A DNA stretch of 64,000 nucleotides from Gammaproteobacteria bacterium (lineage in GTDB: Bacteria; Pseudomonadota; Gammaproteobacteria; Eutrophobiales; Eutrophobiaceae), in assembly GCA_965202685.1 (NCBI GenBank), contig OZ241853.1, positions 2,585,622 through 2,649,621 of the forward strand. The letters run 5' to 3'. Positions 30,977 through 41,009 of this stretch are shown piece by piece (positions within the stretch are counted from its first letter, which is position 1; every line of letters starts with the position of its first letter). The position numbers were made by a program, and so were the translations under genes. The notes beneath the pieces are model-generated. The model did no database searches and had not been told where the DNA came from. It saw nothing but the letters and a program-made list of their open reading frames with translations.

Positions 30977-31045
30977 TTTCCCGTTGGTCTTTGTTCCACT
31001 GCCCAGAAGTTAATGATACTACAAAATGCGCGTGTTACATACCCT

Positions 31046-31352
31046 TCCGGCGGCCCGGCGGCGGTTGAGGCGGACCTGGCGGGAGGTGGAGAGTGAGGCT
31101 GGAGAACCGGGCTCGCAACGCAGGGCAGGTCCGGCGGCGGTTGAGGCGGACCTGGCGGGAGGCGGGGAGTGAGGCTGGAGAACCGGGCTCGCAGCGCAGA
31201 GCAGGTCCGGCGGCGGTTGAGGCGGACCTAGCAGGAGGCGGGGAGTGAGGCTGGAGAACCGGTGCCCGCGGCGCGGGGCGGGCCCGACGGCAGTTGAGGC
31301 GGCCCGGCGGGAGATGGGGCGTGAGGCTGGAGAACCGGGCCCGCGGCGCGGG
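31046..31352. repeat. tandem direct repeat, about 76 bp x 4 (GC-rich, each unit with an internal hairpin)
   Basis: GTTGAGG anchors recur at 31064, 31140, 31216 and 31293 (period 76, 76, 77). Units 2 and 3 contain the inverted repeat caggtccg…cggacctg. Units differ by a few substitutions and the fourth is more diverged. Confidence 0.8.
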
Positions 31353-31562
31353 GCAACCCCGGCGACGGGCGCACCGGTGGCGGCGGGGTAGTCGGGCCGG
31401 AAAAATAACACAGGCCCCCCGATTTTTCTCACTTTTGCCCAATATGTTGTAAAATAGACCATGGTAAACGCCGTTGGTTGTGGTTTCCCGCGCCCGGAAG
31501 CGGGGGGAGGCCCCCGAAATCTCGAATCGTTGCTCCCGGCTGAATTTTTGAGTGAAAAACCC

Positions 31563-31590
31563 TTGACAAGGGGATTTTAGCGCGTAATAA
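31563..31590 (+). promoter_or_regulatory. candidate promoter of the tRNA-tuf operon (TTGACA-16 nt-TAATAA)
   Basis: Consensus -35 TTGACA (31563-31568) and AT-rich -10 TAATAAT (31585-31591), about 20 nt upstream of tRNA-Tyr. Confidence 0.45.
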
Positions 31591-31608
31591 TGGCCTGCTT
31601 ACCCACTC

Positions 31609-31693
31609 GGAGGGGTACCCAAGCGGTCAACGGGGGCAGACTGTAAATCTGCTGGCAATGCCTTCGTAGGTTCGAATCCTACCCCCTCCACCA
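31609..31693 (+). tRNA. tRNA-Tyr (anticodon GUA)
   Basis: 85 nt with a long variable arm. Acceptor stem GGAGGGG / CCCCUCC, discriminator A, CCA. Anticodon loop cuGUAaa. Close to E. coli tRNA-Tyr. Confidence 0.9.
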
Positions 31694-31745
31694 TGGCGCG
31701 GGGGCGGAATGCGGCGGCGCGGGGCAGGTGGCGAAATGCGAGGCG

Positions 31746-31819
31746 GCGGGTGTAGTTCAATGGTAGAATCTCAGCCTTCCAAGCTGATGGCGTGGGTTCG
31801 ATTCCCATCACCCGCTCCA
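31746..31819 (+). tRNA. tRNA-Gly (anticodon UCC)
   Basis: 74 nt. Acceptor stem GCGGGUG / CACCCGC, TΨC arm GGTTCGATTCC, anticodon loop cuUCCaa, 3' CCA. Confidence 0.85.
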
Positions 31820-31854
31820 GATGGCGGGCCGGGCCGCCGGGAGTGATGACCAGC

Positions 31855-31930
31855 GCCCATATAGCTCAGTCGGTAGAGCGCTTTCTTGGTAAGGAAGAGG
31901 TCACCGGTTCAAATCCGGTTATGGGCTCCA
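31855..31930 (+). tRNA. tRNA-Thr (anticodon GGU)
   Basis: 76 nt. Acceptor stem GCCCAUA / UAUGGGC. Anticodon stem cuuuc / ggaag with loop uuGGUaa. 3' CCA. Confidence 0.85.
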
Positions 31931-31990
31931 GTGGCGTAGATAGAGTTTTTTGAGAAACCGATTGTAACCAACACTTGAGGAGAATATCTC

Positions 31991-33181
<1,191 letters not shown>

Positions 33182-33208
33182 TCATTTCCGATTGACGAGT
33201 TTATTTCA

Positions 33209-33284
33209 AGGCCAGTAGCTCAATTGGCAGAGCGGCGGTCTCCAAAACCGCAGGTTGGGGGTTCGATTCCCTCCTGGCCTGCCA
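33209..33284 (+). tRNA. tRNA-Trp (anticodon CCA)
   Basis: 76 nt. Acceptor stem AGGCCAG / CUGGCCU, discriminator G, CCA. Anticodon loop cuCCAaa. The tuf / tRNA-Trp / secE order is the conserved one. Confidence 0.85.
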
Positions 33285-33297
33285 AATAACAGACTAA

Positions 33298-33678
33298 GTG
33301 ATGAATTCAGACACAAAGACGGCAATCGTCAGGCTTGACCTGATCAAAATGGTTGTCGCGGCGCTTATCGTGGCGGCGGCCGTGGTGGGCTTCTACATCT
33401 ACGCCGACCAATCGACTCCGTTGCGGGTCGCCGGGCTGTTGGCCGCCGTGGGCGTGGCCGCGTGGATAGGCTTGCAGACGGAGCCGGGCCGGACCTTGTG
33501 GAACTTCATCCTTGAGGCGCAAATCGAAGTCCGCAAGGTTGTCTGGCCGACGCGGCAAGAAACAGTGCAAACCACCTTGTTGGTGATAGGGGTGGTCATT
33601 TTGGCCGCTTTGATCCTCTGGGGACTGGATTCGGTCCTGGGTTGGGCCGTCAAAAAGCTGATAGGCGGGGGGAGCTGA
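33298..33678 (+). CDS. secE: preprotein translocase subunit SecE
   Basis: 126 aa, three predicted TM segments, in the conserved position between tRNA-Trp and nusG. Confidence 0.8.
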   Translation: MMNSDTKTAIVRLDLIKMVVAALIVAAAVVGFYIYADQSTPLRVAGLLAAVGVAAWIGLQTEPGRTLWNFILEAQIEVRKVVWPTRQETVQTTLLVIGVVILAALILWGLDSVLGWAVKKLIGGGS

Positions 33679-33683
33679 GGCTA

Positions 33684-34304
33684 ATGGATCTTAAGGCCGC
33701 CGATGCTTCCGCGATGCCGGAAGAGTCTGTGGACGCCGCAACGCTTGCGGAGGACAAGGCCGCTCTGGATCCCAACAAGAAGTGGTATGTGGTGCAAGCC
33801 TATTCCGGCTATGAGCAGAGCGTGATGAGGAGCCTGCGGGATCGAGTCGAGCAGAGCCATCTCAAAGACCAGTTTGGCGAGATCCTCGTGCCTACCGAAA
33901 AAGTGGTGGAGATGCGCGAGGGCAAGAAGCGCAACAGCGACCGCAAGTTCTTTCCCGGCTATGTGTTGGTGCAGATGGAAATGAATGACGACACCTGGCA
34001 CCTGGTCAAGGACTTGCCTCGAGTGTTAGGTTTCATCGGCGGCACCATGGACAAGCCAGTGCCGATTTCCGACGCGGAGGCCGATTCCATCTTGCAACGC
34101 ATAGCGGACGGGGAGGATGCGGCCAAGCCTAAGGTGCTGTTTGAACCCGGCGAGGTGGTGCGGGTCACAGACGGGCCCTTCACGGATTTCAACGGCGTGG
34201 TTGAGGAAGTGAATTATGACAAAAACCGGTTGCAGGTTTCCGTGTTGATTTTCGGGCGTTCCACGCCAGTGGAGCTGGAGTTCACGCAGGTGGAAAAAGA
34301 GTGA
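33684..34304 (+). CDS. nusG: transcription termination/antitermination factor NusG
   Basis: [12 protein letters not shown] (the NGN domain start) and a C-terminal KOW domain (…[21 protein letters not shown]…). Start taken at ATG 33684. Confidence 0.85.
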   Translation: MDLKAADASAMPEESVDAATLAEDKAALDPNKKWYVVQAYSGYEQSVMRSLRDRVEQSHLKDQFGEILVPTEKVVEMREGKKRNSDRKFFPGYVLVQMEMNDDTWHLVKDLPRVLGFIGGTMDKPVPISDAEADSILQRIADGEDAAKPKVLFEPGEVVRVTDGPFTDFNGVVEEVNYDKNRLQVSVLIFGRSTPVELEFTQVEKE

Positions 34305-34323
34305 CGGCAAGCGGAGCGAGCAA

Positions 34324-34767
34324 GTGGCCAAAAAAGCGATAAAAAGAATTCTAACGACCATCAAGTTGCAAATCCCGGCGGGGCAGGCCAGCCCCAGCCC
34401 TCCTGTCGGACCGGCTCTCGGGCAACACGGCCTGAACATCATGGAGTTTTGCAAGTCCTTCAATGCGCAAACCCAGGGGCAGGAAGAGGGCCTGCCGGTG
34501 CCGGTGGTGATCACCGTCTATGCCGACAAGAGTTTCACCTTTGTCACCAAGACGACCCCCGCCTCTTATCTGCTGAAAAAGGCCGCCAATATCGACAAGG
34601 GCAGCGGCGCGCCCAATATGGACAAGAAGGGACGGGTCAGCCAGGCGCAACTGGAGGATATCGCCCGCGCCAAGGACCCCGATTTGACCGCGGCGGACCT
34701 GGCGGCCGCCGCGCGCACCATAGCCGGAACAGCCCGCAGCATGGGCATCGAGACGGAGGAAGCCTGA
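34324..34767 (+). CDS. rplK: 50S ribosomal protein L11
   Basis: Conserved …[31 protein letters not shown]… L11 signature. 147 aa. Confidence 0.9.
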   Translation: MAKKAIKRILTTIKLQIPAGQASPSPPVGPALGQHGLNIMEFCKSFNAQTQGQEEGLPVPVVITVYADKSFTFVTKTTPASYLLKKAANIDKGSGAPNMDKKGRVSQAQLEDIARAKDPDLTAADLAAAARTIAGTARSMGIETEEA

Positions 34768-34769
34768 GC

Positions 34770-35459
34770 ATGGCCGGCCTGTCCAAGCGCGCCCGCGCCT
34801 TCAAGGAAAAGATCGAGCCGCAAAAGCGTTACGATTTGATGGAGGCCCTGGGACTGCTCAAGGAGTGCGCCACGACAAAGTTTGACGAGACGGTCGAGGC
34901 GGCCATCAACCTGGGGGTGGATCCGAGAAAATCCGACCAGATAGTGCGGGGTTCAACAGTCCTGCCCAAAGGCTCTGGCAAGACCGTCAAGGTGGCGGTT
35001 TTCGCCCAAGGCGCTCAGGCCGACGAGGCCCGGGCCGCCAACGCCGAATATGTGGGCATGGCGGACCTGGCGGAGCAGATCCAGGGTGGTTTGATGGACT
35101 TCGACGTGGTGATAGCCGCTCCGGACGCGATGTCCGCAGTCGGCAAGTTGGGCAAACTGCTGGGCCCCCGGGGCCTCATGCCCAACCCCAAGGTCGGCAC
35201 TGTGACCCAGGACATCGCCCAGGCGGTGCGGAACGCGAAGGCTGGCCAGGTGCGCTACCGCACCGATAAAAACGGCATCATTCATTGCGGCATAGGCAAG
35301 GCCTCGTTCTCCCCGGAAGATCTGAAAGAAAACCTGAACAGCTTGTTGGGGGACTTGAACAAGGCGAAACCCAGTTCCGCCAAGGGGGTCTATTTGAAGA
35401 AGATCAGCCTGTCCACCACTATGGGGCCGGGCCTGATCGTTGACCAGGGCACCCTTTGA
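34770..35459 (+). CDS. rplA: 50S ribosomal protein L1
   Basis: Starts [17 protein letters not shown]… at ATG 34770, 3 bp after the rplK stop. The ORF-track entry 34449..35459 runs upstream in the same frame. 229 aa. Confidence 0.9.
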   Translation: MAGLSKRARAFKEKIEPQKRYDLMEALGLLKECATTKFDETVEAAINLGVDPRKSDQIVRGSTVLPKGSGKTVKVAVFAQGAQADEARAANAEYVGMADLAEQIQGGLMDFDVVIAAPDAMSAVGKLGKLLGPRGLMPNPKVGTVTQDIAQAVRNAKAGQVRYRTDKNGIIHCGIGKASFSPEDLKENLNSLLGDLNKAKPSSAKGVYLKKISLSTTMGPGLIVDQGTL

Positions 35460-35704
35460 ATGGCGGCGATCCCGGCAATGACAGAACTTTGGGCCGCGAC
35501 AAGGAGCGCCGGCCGTCAAAGACCGCAGGTGCGGCGCGCTGTGAGCAACATGCCGCTTAATGCGCTTGAACAGCGATTCAGGCCGCCTGCACAGACGGTG
35601 ATGCCCGCGCCAGGCTTGCCTGGCGCGGGGGCCGCCGTGATCTTGACGAGACACGCCCGGACGGATGCCGGGCCGTGTTTTCACGGCAACAGGAGGACAC
35701 GCTT
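35460..35704 (+). promoter_or_regulatory. rplJL leader region (probable L10(L12)4 autoregulatory leader and internal promoter)
   Basis: 245-nt GC-rich untranslated region between rplA and rplJ, the position of the L10 leader in proteobacteria. Structure not verified. Confidence 0.35.
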
Positions 35705-36247
35705 GTGAGTCTTACCATGGAGCAAAAGCAAGCCATTGTGGCGAAAGTGGCGGAGGTGGCGGCCGGCGCGCCGGCCGCCATCGCCGCGGAATACGCCGGC
35801 TTGAATGTCGCTGAGATGACCGTGTTGAGAAACTCGGCCCGCGAGGCTGGCATCTATCTCAAGGTGGTGCGCAACACCCTGGCCCGGCGCGCTTTGGAAG
35901 GGACGGAGTTCGAGTGCATGAAGGAGGGTCTCACCGGCCCTCTGTTGCTCGCTTTTTCCAACGAGGAGCCGGGCTCCGCCGCGCGGGTCATCCGCGATTT
36001 TGCTCGCGCCCACGACGACAGGTTGGCGGTCAGGCTGATTGCGGTCGACGGCCGCTTGCTGGAGCCCGCCGCCCTGGAGCGCATGGCCAACTTGCCATCG
36101 TTGGACCAGGCGCGTTCCATGTTGTTAGGCGCGCTGCAGGCCCCACTGGGCAAACTCCTTCGCGTTCTTTCAGAGCCGGAGGCCAAGTTTGCCCGGGTTC
36201 TCAGCGCTAGCCGCGACCAACGGCAAGCCACTGGGGAGTCTTCCTGA
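35705..36247 (+). CDS. rplJ: 50S ribosomal protein L10
   Basis: GTG start gives N-terminus (M)SLTMEQKQAIVAKV…, matching the E. coli MALNLQDKQAIV pattern. An ATG at 35717 is the alternative start. Confidence 0.85.
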   Translation: MSLTMEQKQAIVAKVAEVAAGAPAAIAAEYAGLNVAEMTVLRNSAREAGIYLKVVRNTLARRALEGTEFECMKEGLTGPLLLAFSNEEPGSAARVIRDFARAHDDRLAVRLIAVDGRLLEPAALERMANLPSLDQARSMLLGALQAPLGKLLRVLSEPEAKFARVLSASRDQRQATGESS

Positions 36248-36317
36248 AACGAAACCCGGGGGCGTCTTTGCCGCTCCCGGATGTTCCATCAACGAGATTT
36301 GAACGAGGAGATGAAAA

Positions 36318-36698
36318 ATGGCTGTTTCCAAAGATGAACTAAAAGAAGCGTTGAACAAGATGCCGGTCATGGAACTGGTTGAGTTGATTTCGGAGCTGGA
36401 AGAGCAATGGGGCGTTTCCGCCGCCGCGCCCGTGGCGGCCGTCGCTGCCCCTGCCGCCGCTGACGGCGCCCCTGCCGGCGAGGAGCAGACCGAGTTTGAT
36501 GTGGTGCTGAGCAGTTTCGGCGAGACCAAGGTGTCTGTGATCAAGGTGGTGCGCGCCATTACGAGCCTGGGGCTTAAAGAGGCCAAAGAGCTGGTTGAAG
36601 GGGTCCCCTCCACCATCAAGGAGGCCTTGGGCAAGGATGAGGCCGAAGAAATGAAAAAGAAACTTGAAGAAGCCGGCGCCACGGTTGAAATCAAGTAG
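36318..36698 (+). CDS. rplL: 50S ribosomal protein L7/L12
   Basis: 126 aa. Ala/Pro-rich hinge and conserved C-terminal domain …[25 protein letters not shown]…. Confidence 0.9.
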   Translation: MAVSKDELKEALNKMPVMELVELISELEEQWGVSAAAPVAAVAAPAAADGAPAGEEQTEFDVVLSSFGETKVSVIKVVRAITSLGLKEAKELVEGVPSTIKEALGKDEAEEMKKKLEEAGATVEIK

Positions 36699-36742
36699 CT
36701 CCGGCCTGTTGTTTGCCTCCAGCGCCGTAGCGGCAAGCCTTG

Positions 36743-36764
36743 CCCCCGCCCTTGTGGGCGGGGG
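36743..36764 (+). terminator. rplL-rpoB intergenic attenuator hairpin
   Basis: 9-bp GC stem cccccgccc / gggcggggg with loop uugu, followed by an A/T-rich tract. This is the position of the classical partial terminator between rplL and rpoB. Confidence 0.4.
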
Positions 36765-36805
36765 AAAACTTTCATCGATTGAGACAGCGACCGCGGGGAT
36801 GTGCA

Positions 36806-39800
36806 ATGACCTACTCCTACACTGAAAAGAAGCGCATACGCAAAAACTTCGGCAAGAGGCAAAGCATCCTGGATGTGCCTTATCTTCTGGCGACCCAGGT
36901 GAACTCTTACGAGGAGTTTTTGCAATCCCAGCGCGCCCCGAAAGACCGGGAGCGCATTGGCCTGGAGGGCGCCTTCCACTCCGTGTTCCCGGTGAAGAGC
37001 TATTCCGGCAAGGCTGTTCTGGAATACGACAGCTACAGCCTGGGGACGCCGATATTCGATGTGAAGGAGTGCCGTTTGCGGGGCCTGACCTATTCAGCGC
37101 CATTGCATGTCAAGATGCGCCTTACGATCCTCTCTAGTGACAAGGAGGTCGAGGAGATCCGGGAGCAGGAGGTCTATATGGGGGAACTGCCGTTGATGAC
37201 CGACACCGGCACTTTCGTCATCAACGGAACGGAACGGGTGATCGTCTTTCAGTTGCACCGCTCCCCCGGCGTGTTTTTCGAAAGCGACAAAGGCAAGACT
37301 CATTCCTCAGGCAAGGCGCTGTACTCGGCCCGGGTCATCCCCTACCGCGGTTCCTGGCTGGATTTCGAATTTGACCACAAGGACCTGTTGCATTGCCGGA
37401 TCGACCGGCGCCGGAAAATCACGGCGACCACCTTGTTGCGAGCCTTGGGCTACGACACCGAGGAGATATTGGGCTTGTTCTTTGAAAACAACCGCTTCAA
37501 GGTCAAGAGAAACCGCCGCTTCTTCTTGGCGTTGATCCCCGAGCGCCTGCGCGGCGAAACGCTGTCCTTCGATGTCAAGGACAAGCAAGGGAATGTGTTG
37601 GTGAAAAAGGAGCAACGCATCACCGCCCGGCACATTCGCGAGCTTGAGAAGGCCAAATTGAAAGAGCTGGAAGTGCCCGAAGACTACCTGCACGGAAAGG
37701 TGATCGCCCGCGATCTCATAGACAAAGAGACCGGCGAGGTATTGGCGTCAGCTAACGACCAGCTGGAGGCCCCCGGCGGCGGGTCGGAGCCGGCCGAGAC
37801 CAACGCTGAAGAGGAAGGCAGCCTGATTAAGAAGCTTGCCGCGTTGCCGGGCCTGGGGTTTGAGACCCTGTACACCAACGATCTGGATCGGGGCCCCTAC
37901 ATTTCCGACACCTTGCGCATCGACGCCGCCGCCACCCAGTTGGAGGCGCAGATTGAAATTTACCGCATGATGCGCCCCGGCGAGCCGCCCACGAAAGAAG
38001 CGGCGGAAAATCTGTTCAGAAATCTGTTTTTCACGCCGGAAAGATATGACTTGTCCGCCGTCGGACGCATGAAATTCAACCGGCGGGTGAACCGGGAGGA
38101 GACCACGGGCCTGGGGGTGTTGTACGACAGCAAGTACTTCAGCGGACGCAACGATGAGGCGTCCAAACGGGCCTGCGCCGAGCGGGGCGATTCCTCAGAC
38201 CTGCTGGATGTGATGAGAACGCTGTTAGACATACGCAACGGCAAGGGCGTCGTTGACGACATCGACCATCTTGGCAACCGTCGGGTGAGAAGCGTCGGCG
38301 AGATGGTGGAGAATCAATTCCGGATCGGATTGGTCAGGTTGGAGCGGGCCGTCAAGGAGCGGCTGGGTTTGGCGGGGTCCGAGGGCTTGATGCCCCAGGA
38401 GATCATCAACGCCAAGCTCGTCTCGGCGGTGATCAAGGAGTTTTTCGGCTCAAGCCAGCTGTCCCAGTTCATGGATCAGAACAACCCCCTGTCAGAAGTC
38501 ACGCACAAACGCAGAATTTCCGCGCTGGGGCCGGGGGGGCTGACGCGGGAGCGGGCCGGTTTCGAGGTGCGGGATGTTCATCCCACGCACTACGGCAGGG
38601 TCTGCCCCATTGAGACGCCAGAAGGGCCCAACATCGGCTTGATCAGCTCCTTGGCTGTTTACGCGCGCACCAATGAATACGGGTTCCTGGAGACCCCCTA
38701 CCGCAAGGTGATAGACGGCAAGGCGACCGCTGACATAGAGTATCTTTCAGCGATTGAGGAAGCCGATTTCGTCATCGCCCAAGCCAATTCCAACTTGGAT
38801 GAGCAGGAGCGGCTGGTTGACGAACTCGTCTCGTGCCGCACCCAGAATGAATCCACCATGGCCGCGCCGGAGCGGGTGGAGTACATGGATGTGTCGCCGC
38901 GGCAGATCGTGTCGGTGGCCGCCGCGCTGATCCCCTTTCTAGAGCATGACGATGCCAACAGGGCCTTGATGGGCTCCAACATGCAACGCCAGGCCGTGCC
39001 TGTGATACAGACCGAGAAGCCTCTGGTGGGCACCGGCATAGAACGCACCGTGGCCAAGGATTCCGGCGTCACGGTGGTCTCCAGGCGAGGCGGCGTTGTC
39101 GACTCCGTCGATGCGAGCCGCCTCGTGGTCCGGGTCGACGACGAGGAGGTGTCCCCCGGAGAGCCAGGGGTGGACATCTACAACCTGATCAAATACACGC
39201 GGTCGAATCAGAACACCTGCATCAATCAACAGCCCCTGGTCAAGCCCGGCGACAAGGTCGCCAAGGAAGACATCCTGGCCGACGGGCCGGCCACGGACCT
39301 GGGGGAACTGGCCTTGGGGCAGAACCTCATGGTGGCCTTCATGCCTTGGAACGGGCACAACTTCGAGGATTCCATACTCATCTCCGAGCGCTTAGTGCAG
39401 GAATCCCGCTACACCAGCATTCATATCGAGGAGCTCAACTGCGTGGCCCGGGACATCAAGCTGGGGCCCGAGGAGATCTCGGCGGACATCCCCAATGTCA
39501 GCGAAAACGCGCTCAACAAGCTGGATGCTTCCGGCATCGTTTATATCGGCGCGGAAGTGAACGCGGGAGACATCCTGGTGGGAAAGGTCACCCCCAAGGG
39601 GGAGACCCAGCTCACTCCGGAAGAAAAGTTGCTGCGCGCCATTTTCGGGGAGAAGGCCTCGGATGTGAAAGACACCTCCTTGCGGGTGCCGACGGGGATG
39701 AACGGCACAGTCATAGATGTGCAGGTTTTCACCCGCGACGGGGTGGAAAAAGACACCCGGGCCATGGAGATCGAAGAAACCGAAATGAACCGGGTGAGAA

Positions 39801-40978
39801 AGGATTTGAATGACCAGTTGCGCATCATGGAAGACGGGGTTTATCAAAGATTGAAGCGGAAATTGCTCGACAAGACCGCCGCCGGCGGCCCCGGCGACCT
39901 GACTTCTGGCGCCAAGGTCACCGAGGACTATCTGGCTTCCGTCCCGCAGGAGAAATGGCTAGAGATACGGTTTCGCAGCAAAGAGGCCACCCGGGCCTTG
40001 AAAGAGACCGGCGACCAGCTGAAGCAGCTGAAGGAAGAATTCGATCAGCAGTTCGAGGAAAAGCGCAAGAAGCTGACTTCTGGCGACGACCTGGCCCCCG
40101 GCGTGCTGAAAATGGTGAAGGTCTATCTGGCTGTCAAACGGCACATCCAGCCAGGCGACAAGATGGCGGGGAGGCACGGCAACAAGGGCGTTATTTCCAC
40201 CATCATTCCCGTTGAAGACATGCCCTATTTGGAAGATGGCACGGCGGTTGACATGGTGCTGAATCCATTGGGCGTGCCGTCGCGGATGAATGTGGGGCAG
40301 GTGCTGGAGACCCACTTGGGCTGGGCGGCCAAGGGGCTGGGACGCGCCATCGGCGCGTTGCTTGCCGCCGGGAAAACGCCGCCGTTGCGGGAGTTTTTGG
40401 ATAAGGTCTATAACCTCAGCGGCAGCGGGGAAGATTTGGAGTCCCTGAACGATGAGGAGATCCGAGAACTTGCCGGCAATCTCGAACAAGGCGTGCCTAT
40501 GGCCACCCCGGTTTTTGACGGCGCCAGCGAAGAGGAGATCAAGTCCATGCTGGAGCTGGCCGGACTGCAGCGAGATGGCCAAAGCGTTTTGTACGATGGC
40601 AGAACCGGGGATGCCTTTGATCGCCGGGTCACCGTGGGCCACATGTACATGATGAAATTGAACCATTTGGCCGACGACAAAATGCATGCTCGCGCCACCG
40701 GCCCCTACAGTCTGGTCACCCAGCAGCCCCTGGGGGGCAAGGCGCAAGACGGCGGGCAGCGTTTCGGCGAGATGGAGGTCTGGGCCCTGGAGTCTTACGG
40801 GGCGGCCTACACGCTGCAAGAAATGTTGACGGTCAAGTCCGACGATGTGGACGGCCGCACCAAGATGTACAAGAACATCGTCTATGGCAACTATCACATG
40901 GAAGCGGGCATACCGGAATCCTTCAATGTCCTGCTCAAGGAGATCAGGTCCATGGGCATCAACATAGAGCTGGAATAG
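36806..40978 (+). CDS. rpoB: DNA-directed RNA polymerase beta subunit
   Basis: Starts [17 protein letters not shown] (ATG 36806). About 1390 aa with all conserved beta-subunit regions. Confidence 0.95.
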   Translation: MTYSYTEKKRIRKNFGKRQSILDVPYLLATQVNSYEEFLQSQRAPKDRERIGLEGAFHSVFPVKSYSGKAVLEYDSYSLGTPIFDVKECRLRGLTYSAPLHVKMRLTILSSDKEVEEIREQEVYMGELPLMTDTGTFVINGTERVIVFQLHRSPGVFFESDKGKTHSSGKALYSARVIPYRGSWLDFEFDHKDLLHCRIDRRRKITATTLLRALGYDTEEILGLFFENNRFKVKRNRRFFLALIPERLRGETLSFDVKDKQGNVLVKKEQRITARHIRELEKAKLKELEVPEDYLHGKVIARDLIDKETGEVLASANDQLEAPGGGSEPAETNAEEEGSLIKKLAALPGLGFETLYTNDLDRGPYISDTLRIDAAATQLEAQIEIYRMMRPGEPPTKEAAENLFRNLFFTPERYDLSAVGRMKFNRRVNREETTGLGVLYDSKYFSGRNDEASKRACAERGDSSDLLDVMRTLLDIRNGKGVVDDIDHLGNRRVRSVGEMVENQFRIGLVRLERAVKERLGLAGSEGLMPQEIINAKLVSAVIKEFFGSSQLSQFMDQNNPLSEVTHKRRISALGPGGLTRERAGFEVRDVHPTHYGRVCPIETPEGPNIGLISSLAVYARTNEYGFLETPYRKVIDGKATADIEYLSAIEEADFVIAQANSNLDEQERLVDELVSCRTQNESTMAAPERVEYMDVSPRQIVSVAAALIPFLEHDDANRALMGSNMQRQAVPVIQTEKPLVGTGIERTVAKDSGVTVVSRRGGVVDSVDASRLVVRVDDEEVSPGEPGVDIYNLIKYTRSNQNTCINQQPLVKPGDKVAKEDILADGPATDLGELALGQNLMVAFMPWNGHNFEDSILISERLVQESRYTSIHIEELNCVARDIKLGPEEISADIPNVSENALNKLDASGIVYIGAEVNAGDILVGKVTPKGETQLTPEEKLLRAIFGEKASDVKDTSLRVPTGMNGTVIDVQVFTRDGVEKDTRAMEIEETEMNRVRKDLNDQLRIMEDGVYQRLKRKLLDKTAAGGPGDLTSGAKVTEDYLASVPQEKWLEIRFRSKEATRALKETGDQLKQLKEEFDQQFEEKRKKLTSGDDLAPGVLKMVKVYLAVKRHIQPGDKMAGRHGNKGVISTIIPVEDMPYLEDGTAVDMVLNPLGVPSRMNVGQVLETHLGWAAKGLGRAIGALLAAGKTPPLREFLDKVYNLSGSGEDLESLNDEEIRELAGNLEQGVPMATPVFDGASEEEIKSMLELAGLQRDGQSVLYDGRTGDAFDRRVTVGHMYMMKLNHLADDKMHARATGPYSLVTQQPLGGKAQDGGQRFGEMEVWALESYGAAYTLQEMLTVKSDDVDGRTKMYKNIVYGNYHMEAGIPESFNVLLKEIRSMGINIELE

Positions 40979-41009
40979 CAACGCCATCTTGCGCGGGAGG
41001 TAGCGAATC

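Larger units (their letters stand above)
27200..30990 (-). other. AT-rich genomic island 2: M-R-M restriction-modification operon (type IIS-like)
   Basis: Three co-directional, translationally coupled AT-rich genes (ATGA overlap at 29822-29825; 8-bp gap at 28000-28007) embedded in GC-rich DNA. Flanked by the 76-bp tandem repeats and the tRNA cluster. Confidence 0.65.

Noticed and set aside
31046-31352. Possibility that the tandem repeats are a CRISPR array
   Set aside because: The entire 76-bp unit is repeated with near identity, with no unique spacers between short repeats. No cas genes are nearby, and the unit length is wrong for CRISPR.
31019-31462. Two overlapping minus-strand ORFs (147 and 135 aa) encoding Pro/Ala/Arg-rich repetitive proteins
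   Set aside because: They are generated by the 76-bp tandem DNA repeat. The periodic amino-acid repeats mirror the DNA period, and there is no RBS or plausible fold.
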